A DNA stretch of 64,000 bases, taken from the IMG/VR virus record IMGVR_UViG_3300046460_000097, one strand, 5' to 3'. The notes under the pieces were generated by a model. The model did no database searches. It saw only the letters and a program-made list of their open reading frames with translations, and was not told the origin of the DNA. A program made the translations under genes and the position numbers. Of this stretch, positions 19,472 to 27,970 are shown in pieces (the first letter of the stretch is position 1; the number at the start of each line of letters is the position of its first letter). This stretch comes from a virus (lineage: Duplodnaviria; Caudoviricetes).

Positions 19472-20359
19472 GTGACTTCACCTAATAATCACGTTGTATG
19501 TATTTACCACGATCACTGCTTGGATGGTATCGCAGCTGCGTGGGTGGTTTGGCGACATTTCAAAAACCTCGGGTTGGAGATCACTCTGATTCCCGGGGTT
19601 TACAATAAGCCGCTGCCAGAAGGTTTGGCAGGCAAGACTGTTTTCGTTGTCGACTTCAGCTTTGACCGTGAGAAGACGGAGTGGTTGATTGAAAACACCA
19701 ACCTGGTTCTGCTCGATCACCACAAGTCGGCTAAGAAGGCGCTCCAAGGCTTGTGTGAGGTCGATCTGACTTATTCTGGTGCGATGCTAGCTTGGCGGTA
19801 CTTCAACCCCAACACGCCGGCTCCAGAAGCTATCCGTTACGTTGAAGATAACGACCTGTGGAAGTTTACCTACCCTAGCACCAAAGCGTGGGTAACTGCG
19901 GCGTTCTCTTATCCGCTGACCGTAGAGATCTTCGACTCGTTGGTTAACCGTGATCCACTGGACATGGTAGCCGAGGGCGAAACCCTTCTGCGTAAACAGC
20001 GGCAGGACATTAAGCGTATCTTGCACAATACCCGGACCATGATTGTTTTCGGTATGGAAGTTCCGGTGATTAACGCCAACATCATGTTCACATCTGATCT
20101 TGGCGATGCCTTGTACCACGTCTATCCGCTGGTTGTGATTTACTCCGACCAAGCCGACGGACGTAAGTTCTCGTTCCGCAGTAAAAAGGTTACAGGTTAT
20201 CCGGTAAACGAGATTGCTGAATATTTCGGTGGCGGCGGCCATGGTGAAGCAGCAAGTTTCACGCTTCCATTCTCTGATAAGCGTTTCGCCAAATCGCACA
20301 TGATGTTGAACCGGTCTATCTGGGACTGCGTCAAGTTGTACTTCAAGAACTTGTTCTAA
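19472..20359 (+). CDS. DHH/DHHA1 phosphoesterase (NrnB/oligoribonuclease-like)
   Basis: YHDHCLDG, VDFS, LDHHKS, DNDLW, GGGGH motifs. Confidence 0.88.
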   Translation: MTSPNNHVVCIYHDHCLDGIAAAWVVWRHFKNLGLEITLIPGVYNKPLPEGLAGKTVFVVDFSFDREKTEWLIENTNLVLLDHHKSAKKALQGLCEVDLTYSGAMLAWRYFNPNTPAPEAIRYVEDNDLWKFTYPSTKAWVTAAFSYPLTVEIFDSLVNRDPLDMVAEGETLLRKQRQDIKRILHNTRTMIVFGMEVPVINANIMFTSDLGDALYHVYPLVVIYSDQADGRKFSFRSKKVTGYPVNEIAEYFGGGGHGEAASFTLPFSDKRFAKSHMMLNRSIWDCVKLYFKNLF

Positions 20360-20371
20360 AGGAAGACAAGA

Positions 20372-20821
20372 ATGGAGCTCAATTATAGCTACGTCAGCGT
20401 CCAACTCAAATCCGAGTTTCAAGCTGATGTAATCGCTCGTTTACTGGAAGCCGGTATTACACCGGAGTCTAAGCACGAGTTGCACTGCACAATGATCTAT
20501 GACGACCGCGACATTGAGAAACCTCTCTGTGCCTTGTTGCCAGAAAAGGAATTCACCGCGAGCATCATTAAGCTGGAACCTTTGGGCGACGGCATCGTTT
20601 TCCATTTGACTGGTAAGGAACTGAACGATGAGTTCCGCCGGTTGAAGGATGCGGGCTACCAGCACTCGTTTGGTACTCCCCTGTTTCACATGTCGTTGAA
20701 GTATGACTTCGACAAATACGACATCATGGCAATCAATGCGGCCTTCTCTGATTGGATGGGGCGCCAACTGGTTTTCAACAACGAATGCTTCGGCTACAAG
20801 AAAGTTAAGAAGGCAGCATGA
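20372..20821 (+). CDS. acb1: 2H phosphoesterase, Acb1 (T4 57B)-like anti-CBASS nuclease candidate
   Basis: Two HxT/S motifs (LHCTMIY, FHMSLKYD); length and flanking blocks track T4 Acb1 (IHSTICY, PHITLSYN). Substrate unverified. Confidence 0.65.
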   Translation: MELNYSYVSVQLKSEFQADVIARLLEAGITPESKHELHCTMIYDDRDIEKPLCALLPEKEFTASIIKLEPLGDGIVFHLTGKELNDEFRRLKDAGYQHSFGTPLFHMSLKYDFDKYDIMAINAAFSDWMGRQLVFNNECFGYKKVKKAA

Positions 20822-21129
20822 TGACCAACAACCCATTCCACAGCAAGTTCATGGCCGGAAGCAAGGCTAACATTGTTAATGCATTCTCCGTTAAAGAGAA
20901 CATTGGCAAAACTGTTGAGTTAATACAGTTCGTACCTCCGGGTACTTCTGCGTTCTACCGCGATGGCTACTTCGATGGTCATGAAGGTGGTTGCTGGATT
21001 GTTAAGGGTGAAGATCTGATCCGTTGTACTGAGGGTGGTAACATCCCAAGCCCTATCTGTGCTGTTGATCCATTGCACCTCGAATTGAACCACGTAGCAA
21101 CCTTGCGCATGCGTACCAAGACAGCCTGA
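20818..21129 (+). CDS. Hypothetical protein, paralog of 22624..22995
   Basis: GKTVELIQFV...EGGCWIVKGEDL versus GRMVKLVAYI...EGAWVVTAEDL. Confidence 0.7.
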   Translation: MMTNNPFHSKFMAGSKANIVNAFSVKENIGKTVELIQFVPPGTSAFYRDGYFDGHEGGCWIVKGEDLIRCTEGGNIPSPICAVDPLHLELNHVATLRMRTKTA

Positions 21130-21135
21130 TCTACT

Positions 21136-21171
21136 TATACCCCTACCAGCCTCCGGGTTGGTAGGGGTATA
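21136..21171 (+). terminator. Long-stem terminator hairpin
   Basis: TATACCCCTACCAGCC-TCCG-GGTTGGTAGGGGTATA. Confidence 0.8.
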
Positions 21172-21220
21172 GGGTTATAATTGCTTTTCGTTATTTTTAA
21201 GTTACAGTTAATCTCACGTC

Positions 21221-21228
21221 TATATTAC
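21221..21228 (+). promoter_or_regulatory. Phage early promoter core
   Basis: TATATTAC after a terminator, upstream of the 21297 gene. Confidence 0.75.
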
Positions 21229-21296
21229 TTGTGGGATAAGTCATAAAGATTAATTGCATTGACAGTTAATCGAATTCACTCGATAGGAGTCGCACC

Positions 21297-22523
21297 ATGA
21301 ACGATCGTAACTCGGCTGTTGACCACATGGTTAAAAACATTGTGGGCGTTATTACTGAACTTCGCTCTAAAGGTTCTGCCCAGGATGTACAGCTGGGTTA
21401 CCTGAAAGGCAAGTTGTTCGATGCTGAATTCGTTGACCCTGCACAGCGGCCACATCTGCTGAAGCTGGTTAACAAAGGTCTCGGCACCAACTGGTCGATG
21501 AACAACGTCAAACGTGCAGACCTCAGTCTGTCCGAACAAGGCGATGCTGTTCTGATCCAAGTCGATACCAAACACGTAATCGTGGATGAACTTCACGGTT
21601 CCGTAAACCTCGGTGGTACTGGCCCTCAAGAAGCCAGCTTCATCGAGAAAGCTCCTGCTATCACCGGCGATGCTCAAGCAGCCATTGAGCAAAGCCAAGC
21701 AACTGCAGCACCGGCTGACACCGCTTCACAAGCAGCGCCTGCTGCAGCTGTTCAACAACAAACTCAAACCACTTCTGCTGACAAGGATAACACCATGAAA
21801 AATTCCAACGCTAACACCGCTACCAACAACACCAACGAAAACCTGGCTCAAGGCACCACTGAACAAGTGGAGTTCCTGATGGGCTGCCAGATGGTCGGTC
21901 GCAATACCGCTGAACTGCGCTGCATCGCATGGCAGGGTTTCCTGGGTAACGTGGTAGGTCAACCACACGCTGAAGCTTTCAACGAGTTCAGCAAGGCATC
22001 CGACTCCCAGGACACCGACACCATCATCTTCAACTTCTGCGACCAGAACTCCGAAGTCGGCAAGCAGTTCATGGGCTGGATGATGATCAACCCTGTGACC
22101 GCAGCCACCGACGCCGAAGTTGCAGCAATGTCGAAATCGCGCTTCAGCATCATGGGCGATCGTGACGAAGGCATCCGCACCTCCTGGGTCGCTGCCGGTG
22201 CAGCAGTAGTCGGCGGTGGTCTGGAAATGACTGCACGCGGCGGTCTGACTCTGGGCGCCGGTTTGGGCACTGTAGTCGGTGGCGTTGCAGCATTCTTCGC
22301 TGGCGAGCAAGTTGATCAGCACGTTGAAGGCCAGTTCGGTCGTTACGTTGCTGGTGGCGTGATCGGCATGGGTCTGGGCGCTCTGGGTGCGGCCGCTGGT
22401 CGTGCAATGCTGCCGGGTAAAGCTGTCAGCGGTTTCGGCGGTGGTGACACAGTTCCTGAGATCGGTGGCCAACCAGTACCGGCTCTGCCAGCTGGCGCGG
22501 TGAACTTCTCAGTCCAACTGTAA
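21297..22523 (+). CDS. Glycine-zipper membrane protein (408 aa)
   Basis: AGGAG RBS; C-terminal hydrophobic GxxxG-rich helices; Ala/Gln/Thr linker; strongly biased codon use. Confidence 0.75.
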   Translation: MNDRNSAVDHMVKNIVGVITELRSKGSAQDVQLGYLKGKLFDAEFVDPAQRPHLLKLVNKGLGTNWSMNNVKRADLSLSEQGDAVLIQVDTKHVIVDELHGSVNLGGTGPQEASFIEKAPAITGDAQAAIEQSQATAAPADTASQAAPAAAVQQQTQTTSADKDNTMKNSNANTATNNTNENLAQGTTEQVEFLMGCQMVGRNTAELRCIAWQGFLGNVVGQPHAEAFNEFSKASDSQDTDTIIFNFCDQNSEVGKQFMGWMMINPVTAATDAEVAAMSKSRFSIMGDRDEGIRTSWVAAGAAVVGGGLEMTARGGLTLGAGLGTVVGGVAAFFAGEQVDQHVEGQFGRYVAGGVIGMGLGALGAAAGRAMLPGKAVSGFGGGDTVPEIGGQPVPALPAGAVNFSVQL

Positions 22524-22540
22524 TCCGGACTGATGTAAAA

Positions 22541-22570
22541 GGGGGATCTTCGGATCCCCTTATTTTTTCT
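22541..22570 (+). terminator. Intrinsic terminator
   Basis: GGGGGATC-TTCG-GATCCCCT plus TATTTTTTCT. Confidence 0.85.
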
Positions 22571-22623
22571 TTGTACCAAACAACTTTGTAATAATCCATT
22601 AATCCATTTTGAGGGACCAAAAT

Positions 22624-22995
22624 ATGAACATGAATGCACTTAAAGTTCACGACCACGTCGTCATCGAAGGTGACGAAGCTCTGAACCCAAACGTAGGCCG
22701 CATGGTTAAACTTGTGGCTTACATCCATCCGCTGGACACCATCTATTATGAAGATGGTTTCTGGCGTGCAGGCCCCGAAGGCGCTTGGGTAGTAACCGCT
22801 GAAGATCTGGTTCGTAAAAAGAACTACAGCGATGTAGAGTTGATCAGCCACCTTACTCTGACCAAACCTACTGAGTTGCGTCTCCTCGGTGCCGAGGAGG
22901 TTGCCGCTATGCTCCCAAAGTCTGATGAGCCGCATATGGTGTTTCACTTGCCTATGCCTCATCGCCCGTACCGCTTCTCTCACACCGCTCACTAA
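22624..22995 (+). CDS. Hypothetical protein, paralog of 20818..21129
   Basis: ATG 22624 after GAGGGA; shared motifs as above. Confidence 0.7.
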   Translation: MNMNALKVHDHVVIEGDEALNPNVGRMVKLVAYIHPLDTIYYEDGFWRAGPEGAWVVTAEDLVRKKNYSDVELISHLTLTKPTELRLLGAEEVAAMLPKSDEPHMVFHLPMPHRPYRFSHTAH

Positions 22996-23016
22996 TCTGT
23001 CTAACAAGGAACGTAC

Positions 23017-23181
23017 ATGAACGCAATGCAAACTCGCCGTACCATCTCTCCACTGCCTCTGCGTTATTACTCTCGTGACGGGAGTGCTGACTATCAGAAG
23101 TTTATTAAAGGAGCTGGCCGCGTGGTTGTAACATCCAGGATGGATAAGCTAAAGACTATTCTTAAGCGGATCTTTAACTGA
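23017..23181 (+). CDS. Small basic hypothetical protein (54 aa, below the ORF-track cutoff)
   Basis: AAGGA RBS, MNAMQTRR...KRIFN, ends right before a terminator. Confidence 0.55.
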   Translation: MNAMQTRRTISPLPLRYYSRDGSADYQKFIKGAGRVVVTSRMDKLKTILKRIFN

Positions 23182-23183
23182 CG

Positions 23184-23223
23184 GAATACTCCCCTCTGGC
23201 TAACCACCAGAGGGGAGTTATTC
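23184..23223 (+). terminator. Long-stem terminator hairpin
   Basis: GAATACTCCCCTCTGG/CCAGAGGGGAGTTATTC. Confidence 0.75.
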
Positions 23224-23254
23224 TATCACCTTGTTCTTCATTTTTTTACAGACC

Positions 23255-23262
23255 TACATTAT
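23255..23262 (+). promoter_or_regulatory. Variant phage promoter core (TACATTAT)
   Basis: GACCTACATTAT after a T-tract, in the same terminator-promoter-gene position as the TATATTAC sites. Confidence 0.5.
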
Positions 23263-23299
23263 TTACCCAGTAAACATTAGGTGATACGAGGAAATTGTC

Positions 23300-23815
23300 A
23301 TGAGTAAAGATAGTGGTCTCGATTCATTGCAGAGGGTCCTTGACAAGGCTCTCGGTGCAGGAGCAACCGAAAAGTTGTTCCCGTGGATGTATGACAAGAA
23401 GACTACCCCTCCTCCTAAGGAAGAAGTTCCCAAGGAACCGGAAGTAGTTACTCACCGTGAACCCTACTTCCCTGGCTGTACTCCACACGAGCCGTCTATT
23501 TACGACACGAGTGGGAATGGTAGCCTCAATCCTGCTTGGGTTGAGTGGTACATGGCCGAATATAAATGTGGTCACCGTGACGCTGTGGTATATGGTGCGG
23601 TGACTGCAGAGCAATTGCTCAAAGGGATTATTCCCCCACACCCAAAGATGTATCGTGGGTTGGGTCCAGCAACACCGCCTGACCTCACCAACCGCAAAGG
23701 ACAAGTTACCATGCGTTGGGTGGTCTACTTCAAAACCAACTTCAAGACCGACCTCAACTATGCCGAGATCACCGTGGAAGGGTACAAACTGTATGAGGAA
23801 CTCTCGAAGCAATAG
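23300..23815 (+). CDS. Hypothetical Pro-rich protein (171 aa)
   Basis: GAGG RBS; first gene after the promoter. Confidence 0.7.
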   Translation: MSKDSGLDSLQRVLDKALGAGATEKLFPWMYDKKTTPPPKEEVPKEPEVVTHREPYFPGCTPHEPSIYDTSGNGSLNPAWVEWYMAEYKCGHRDAVVYGAVTAEQLLKGIIPPHPKMYRGLGPATPPDLTNRKGQVTMRWVVYFKTNFKTDLNYAEITVEGYKLYEELSKQ

Positions 23816-23966
23816 CGAACTGGCTAAGCTCACTAACAAAGAGCTGTTGGCGCTGTTGCCGCATTACCATTTGTACGCAACCTCTGGGGCTAATAATCCC
23901 AAGGTTGCTTCTGGTCCAGAAATGCTGGAAGAACTTAAACGTCGTCTTAAAGAACAATCGGAGTAA
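23793..23966 (+). CDS. Small hypothetical protein (~57 aa)
   Basis: 3' part of track ORF 23655..23966; ATG 23793 after GAAGGG fills the gap between genes. Confidence 0.45.
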   Translation: MRNSRSNSELAKLTNKELLALLPHYHLYATSGANNPKVASGPEMLEELKRRLKEQSE

Positions 23967-23970
23967 TACC

Positions 23971-25857
23971 ATGATCAAACTTAACCTGAACCAGTTTTAC
24001 AATGAAGGCGTTCTGAATCTTTCTGCCTTCACTGACGCACTCACCGAAGCACAGGCCGGTGACACTGAAGGTGCTCTGACCTACCTCGGCGGTTTCCTCG
24101 ACCATTACAAAGCTGCTTCGAGTGATACCGTGGTTGAACGCATCGGCAAAGATCTGTTGGCGGAAGTGTTCATCGTTACCCCGACGTCGTCGATCGACTG
24201 GCCAACTGGTAACGTCGAATCCGTCCTGCACGGCGAAGGCTACATGGTGGTCTTCCAATTCAAACCCGTCACCCAGGAATCCGCGGCCATGCCTCCAGAC
24301 ATACTCCGTATCAATCTGACTGCATTGTTCGTCGACGATCTGGTCGGACCACAAACCATGCTGGAATCCATTCTCGAGAAAGCCCAGAAAGACGGCAGGT
24401 GGGCTGTATCTGTTGAAACGATGCAACAGACCCGGGATGCCTTGTTTCTTAACATCGACCTGTTCCGGGAAATCGTGATGCGGTACGACGACGCCGTGCT
24501 GGATATCTTCGTTCCTGATGGAGACCGGGTAGCCTCGTGGACAACTCATTCCCAGAAGGCTTCCTTCGAGCAGCAGAGAGCGGACGACAACATCATTCGC
24601 CCTCGCTTCAGTCATGACGTGCCTGAAAACCTTCGTCGCCCACAGTTCCGCTTTCAGCAGTACGTGCGGCCTAACTTTAACGAACAGCAATACAACCCAC
24701 ACCCGCAAGATCGCTGGCCAGGGCTGACTAACGAAGGCATCATTGAACTGCTCAACTGCTACTCGCTGACGCAGATCAAGGACTTTCCGCCAGGCATCCC
24801 AACCACTCAACTGCCACAAGGTCTCGACCTGCTGCATTTGATCCAGCTCCGTTTGGGTGCTGACCGTATGCATCGTGGTATGCCAAACATGTTCGGTGGT
24901 ATGCCAAACATGTTCCCCGGCGGCGTGTTCCAAGCCAACATGTTCAATGACGCGCGGTTCAACAAACCTCAGGGTGTATTCGATGCTGCCCGTGAAGCAA
25001 TGCGTGGTGCGTATCGTCCAACGGGTTCTGCTGGCCAGCCTGGCGGTTGTGAAGTGAAGTTCGTCCCGAGACTGAAGTTGCATTTTGTTCCGGCTGAAGC
25101 TGATTCACTGATCGACCTCATGAACAACATTCGCCGGTCGGTTATCAAGCAAATTGGTTTGACCATGGCAACTACAGATCGTGACGTGTTTGTAGAAACC
25201 TTGATCGAGCAAATTCACGTTGTGTTGATGCGCAACCCATTCCCTGACGGCGTAGTTCAGAACAAGGATCAACAGATAACACTGGAAACAGGTTACCCTG
25301 TGCAGTTGACCCGCGGGTTGATGGTGGACTACCGGTTCACCAACTGGATTTTGTATCCGCGTACTGATGCCAACAAAGACGGCGCTATTACCGGGCCTCT
25401 CGATTGGCTGCGTTGGGGTGGTAGCATGATGGACGATTACGATATTGGTCGTCCTATGCACAGCACCACTCTACCGTTTACTGTTACCGATTCGTTCTCG
25501 TTCGTGTTGAACATGAGCCTGTCGATTACCATGGAACGTTTTGAGGCTGGACTGTACGCCATGTCTGGCCTTCCAAAGCCACAGCTGGATGATCATGTAC
25601 GTAAGGTTACCAAGGCGTTGCAAGGTCGTGCCAGAGACCTGGCGCTGTTGCTGGCTGTTGAGACTGGTAAAGAAGTACGCCTGCATTACACTGTCGGTCG
25701 TATCGAAACGCTGGCTGAAGGTCTGCAGAAAATGCTGTGGAGTGATTACAGCGGCTGGTGTGTCCACAGTGATCTGGTGCACAGCGAGCAATACGACATG
25801 AAGGTGCCGGCGTTCATCGTCACCGGTAGCGGAATGTACAACGGGCATGTGCTGTAA
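23971..25857 (+). CDS. Hypothetical protein (~628 aa) with a central low-complexity segment
   Basis: ATG 23971 after GGAG; Q/P/N/F-rich stretch and GMPNMF repeats. Confidence 0.75.
   Translation: MIKLNLNQFYNEGVLNLSAFTDALTEAQAGDTEGALTYLGGFLDHYKAASSDTVVERIGKDLLAEVFIVTPTSSIDWPTGNVESVLHGEGYMVVFQFKPVTQESAAMPPDILRINLTALFVDDLVGPQTMLESILEKAQKDGRWAVSVETMQQTRDALFLNIDLFREIVMRYDDAVLDIFVPDGDRVASWTTHSQKASFEQQRADDNIIRPRFSHDVPENLRRPQFRFQQYVRPNFNEQQYNPHPQDRWPGLTNEGIIELLNCYSLTQIKDFPPGIPTTQLPQGLDLLHLIQLRLGADRMHRGMPNMFGGMPNMFPGGVFQANMFNDARFNKPQGVFDAAREAMRGAYRPTGSAGQPGGCEVKFVPRLKLHFVPAEADSLIDLMNNIRRSVIKQIGLTMATTDRDVFVETLIEQIHVVLMRNPFPDGVVQNKDQQITLETGYPVQLTRGLMVDYRFTNWILYPRTDANKDGAITGPLDWLRWGGSMMDDYDIGRPMHSTTLPFTVTDSFSFVLNMSLSITMERFEAGLYAMSGLPKPQLDDHVRKVTKALQGRARDLALLLAVETGKEVRLHYTVGRIETLAEGLQKMLWSDYSGWCVHSDLVHSEQYDMKVPAFIVTGSGMYNGHVL
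24877..24915 (+). repeat. In-frame 21-nt-period tandem duplication (GMPNMF x2)
   Basis: GGTATGCCAAACATGTTC at 24877 and 24898; degenerate third copy near 24931. Confidence 0.85.
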
Positions 25858-25870
25858 GTAATACATGAAT

Positions 25871-25897
25871 AGCCGTGGGGAATATCTCCCCACGGTT
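25871..25897 (+). terminator. Terminator hairpin
   Basis: AGCCGTGGGGA-ATATC-TCCCCACGGTT. Confidence 0.7.
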
Positions 25898-25921
25898 TAA
25901 CCTAGCTGTTAAGAGGCTGTT

Positions 25922-26449
25922 ATGGACGAACATAATCACACCGTTACCGCTGGACTGTCTTACCGTCAACAGGAAGACGCCGTCCTTCAGTATTTCGCAG
26001 ATAACTGGACAACCAATCCTAAGAAGCTGAAAAAGATGGCACTTAAGATTTGGGCTGACCAACCAGATTGGATTCAACGTGGTCTGCTGCAAAACATCAT
26101 CGAAGACGATAAACCTGCTCAGCTGTTGGAGATGTTCTTTACCATCATGGCCGAGTGGAAGGATGTCGTGCCTAAACTGATTGCCGACGGTAATCACGGT
26201 ATGATCATCAAAGGCAGTAACGAAATTCACGGGTTCGACCTCAAGGCTAACCCTAAGTGGTTAACTGAAGACGATCTCTGGAACCATGAACAAGAGATCG
26301 AGATTCAAGACACCGTTATCAGGCAGTGGATGGCCCAGGAAGGTCTCACCAAGTTCCACGGCAAGATCGTGTTGTTCGACGAGTTCGGCTTCTCCGGTAT
26401 GCTTCGCGAAATTATTGAACCGAGACCAAAAGCGAGGCAAGCAAAATGA
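25922..26449 (+). CDS. Hypothetical protein, TTNPKKL family member 1
   Basis: NWTTNPKKL...GNHGMI...FGFSG motifs shared with 27229 and 29229. Confidence 0.8.
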   Translation: MDEHNHTVTAGLSYRQQEDAVLQYFADNWTTNPKKLKKMALKIWADQPDWIQRGLLQNIIEDDKPAQLLEMFFTIMAEWKDVVPKLIADGNHGMIIKGSNEIHGFDLKANPKWLTEDDLWNHEQEIEIQDTVIRQWMAQEGLTKFHGKIVLFDEFGFSGMLREIIEPRPKARQAK

Positions 26450-26802
26450 CTGACAAGCCACGGTTTAATTACGACACAGCAGAGATTGTTGGTGAGCGTT
26501 TGGGTAAGCTCTTTGAGGGGTTGCACAAAGAGCATGCCATGGCAGCAATCGAAGAATTCATCGACGACTATACACACAGTGTATTTGGTGTCGGCGTCAT
26601 CGATGCTTTGCGTCGTGTCAGTTTGCCAGAACGAGGACGGTCACAGTGTATTCAACCACTGGCTGAAGGTCGTGCTGTACTGGTGTCCGCTTATGGGTTT
26701 AACGTTAAGACCAACACCAAGTGCAAGTGCGGGCGTGCTTTCTTGGTACTTGACGAAATGAAGCGCGAAGACCGCGATAAAGAAATGGAAAGTCTGGGGT
26801 AG
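26446..26802 (+). CDS. Hypothetical protein (118 aa)
   Basis: ATGA overlap with the upstream stop. Confidence 0.7.
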   Translation: MTDKPRFNYDTAEIVGERLGKLFEGLHKEHAMAAIEEFIDDYTHSVFGVGVIDALRRVSLPERGRSQCIQPLAEGRAVLVSAYGFNVKTNTKCKCGRAFLVLDEMKREDRDKEMESLG

Positions 26803-26809
26803 CCACTTC

Positions 26810-27232
26810 ATGAAAAAGAAATCGAAGTTAGGAGTAAGTCCTAAGGGCGCTGTTGTTCTGCGTGCTCGTGAGGAGGAACGCCGTCGTAATCTTCCTCGTC
26901 CGGTGATCATCACACCTAGCGCTGTTCATCGTGAGCCCAATCCCATTGTGGGGTTGATGCGAGAGTTCCCTGTCCTTGGTATCTTGAACAGGGATCTGGT
27001 TGTTAACAAGGAACTGATCGACATCATTGATGGCGAGTTCCACGTCGTGTTTACCGGACACCCATTCCCGGATGAAAAGAAATACGACATCGTAATCCCC
27101 AAGGTACGTGGACTCGATCCTCCTTCGGCCCACTACCACACCATCGAAGAAATTGACCACACTAATTCCGTAATTAATCGGTTTTTTGAAACGTGGGTTA
27201 AACCTGTTATTGTTGGAAGTGAAGATAAATGA
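26810..27232 (+). CDS. Hypothetical protein (140 aa)
   Basis: Operonic packing. Confidence 0.7.
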   Translation: MKKKSKLGVSPKGAVVLRAREEERRRNLPRPVIITPSAVHREPNPIVGLMREFPVLGILNRDLVVNKELIDIIDGEFHVVFTGHPFPDEKKYDIVIPKVRGLDPPSAHYHTIEEIDHTNSVINRFFETWVKPVIVGSEDK

Positions 27233-27882
27233 GCGAATACGTATTCCCTGTAGACCTGCCAGCATTCCAACAGGAGTTGCACATCCTGAGCTGGTTTCAG
27301 GAGAACTTCACCACTAACCCCAAGAAGCTCAAGAAAATGGCTGCTCGGGTTCGCCCTCTGTTGCCTGAGTGGATCCAGAAAAGCCTGTGCGATACCTTGA
27401 TCCTTTCGAACGATCCAGTTCGGTTCATGAAGCGTGCCTTCACGGATCTCGCTGCTTACCCGGCCATCATGGCGGGTCTGATCGCTGATGGCAACCACGG
27501 CATGATCATGCTAGGTGCTGAGATCTACGGTATCTCGCTGGAAACTAATGAGAAGTGGCTCAATCCAAATAAGGACGGTCGGTGGTCGTTAGAAGATGAA
27601 AGCGACATCATTGATAAGGCCTTGCTGCACTGGATGGCCAAGAACCGCATGCGTACGTTCAATGGCCGTCTTACTCTGTTCACTGAGTTTGGCTTCTCTG
27701 GTATTCCGTACGAAGCACCCCATCGTTTCGATGACACCACCTGGGCCAAGCTGACAGAAATCTGGGCAAAGGAAGACAACGAACGCACCAACTTGGAACT
27801 CCAGTATCTGCTTAATCCAGAATTGATGGAAGAAAGCAATGAAACCTCACAACAAACATCCGTACAAGGGACACCACTATAA
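27229..27882 (+). CDS. Hypothetical protein, TTNPKKL family member 2
   Basis: NFTTNPKKL, DGNHGMI, EFGFSG. Confidence 0.8.
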   Translation: MSEYVFPVDLPAFQQELHILSWFQENFTTNPKKLKKMAARVRPLLPEWIQKSLCDTLILSNDPVRFMKRAFTDLAAYPAIMAGLIADGNHGMIMLGAEIYGISLETNEKWLNPNKDGRWSLEDESDIIDKALLHWMAKNRMRTFNGRLTLFTEFGFSGIPYEAPHRFDDTTWAKLTEIWAKEDNERTNLELQYLLNPELMEESNETSQQTSVQGTPL

Positions 27883-27961
27883 CCGTCACACCCTGCGTGT
27901 ATTCGCACTTTGTATTATCGTGGGTGTGTTGTTTGCAGTGGCGTCTTTCTTTGTTAATTAG
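27839..27961 (+). CDS. Small single-pass membrane protein (40 aa, not in ORF track)
   Basis: MKPHNKHPYKGHHYNRHTLRVFALCIIVGVLFAVASFFVN; fills the gap before 27971. Confidence 0.5.
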   Translation: MKPHNKHPYKGHHYNRHTLRVFALCIIVGVLFAVASFFVN

Positions 27962-27970
27962 GGGAAGATC

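Noticed and set aside
21259-21287. Sigma70-like TTGACA
   Set aside because: No acceptable -10 box at 16-18 nt spacing, and it lies inside a leader hairpin downstream of a phage-type promoter.
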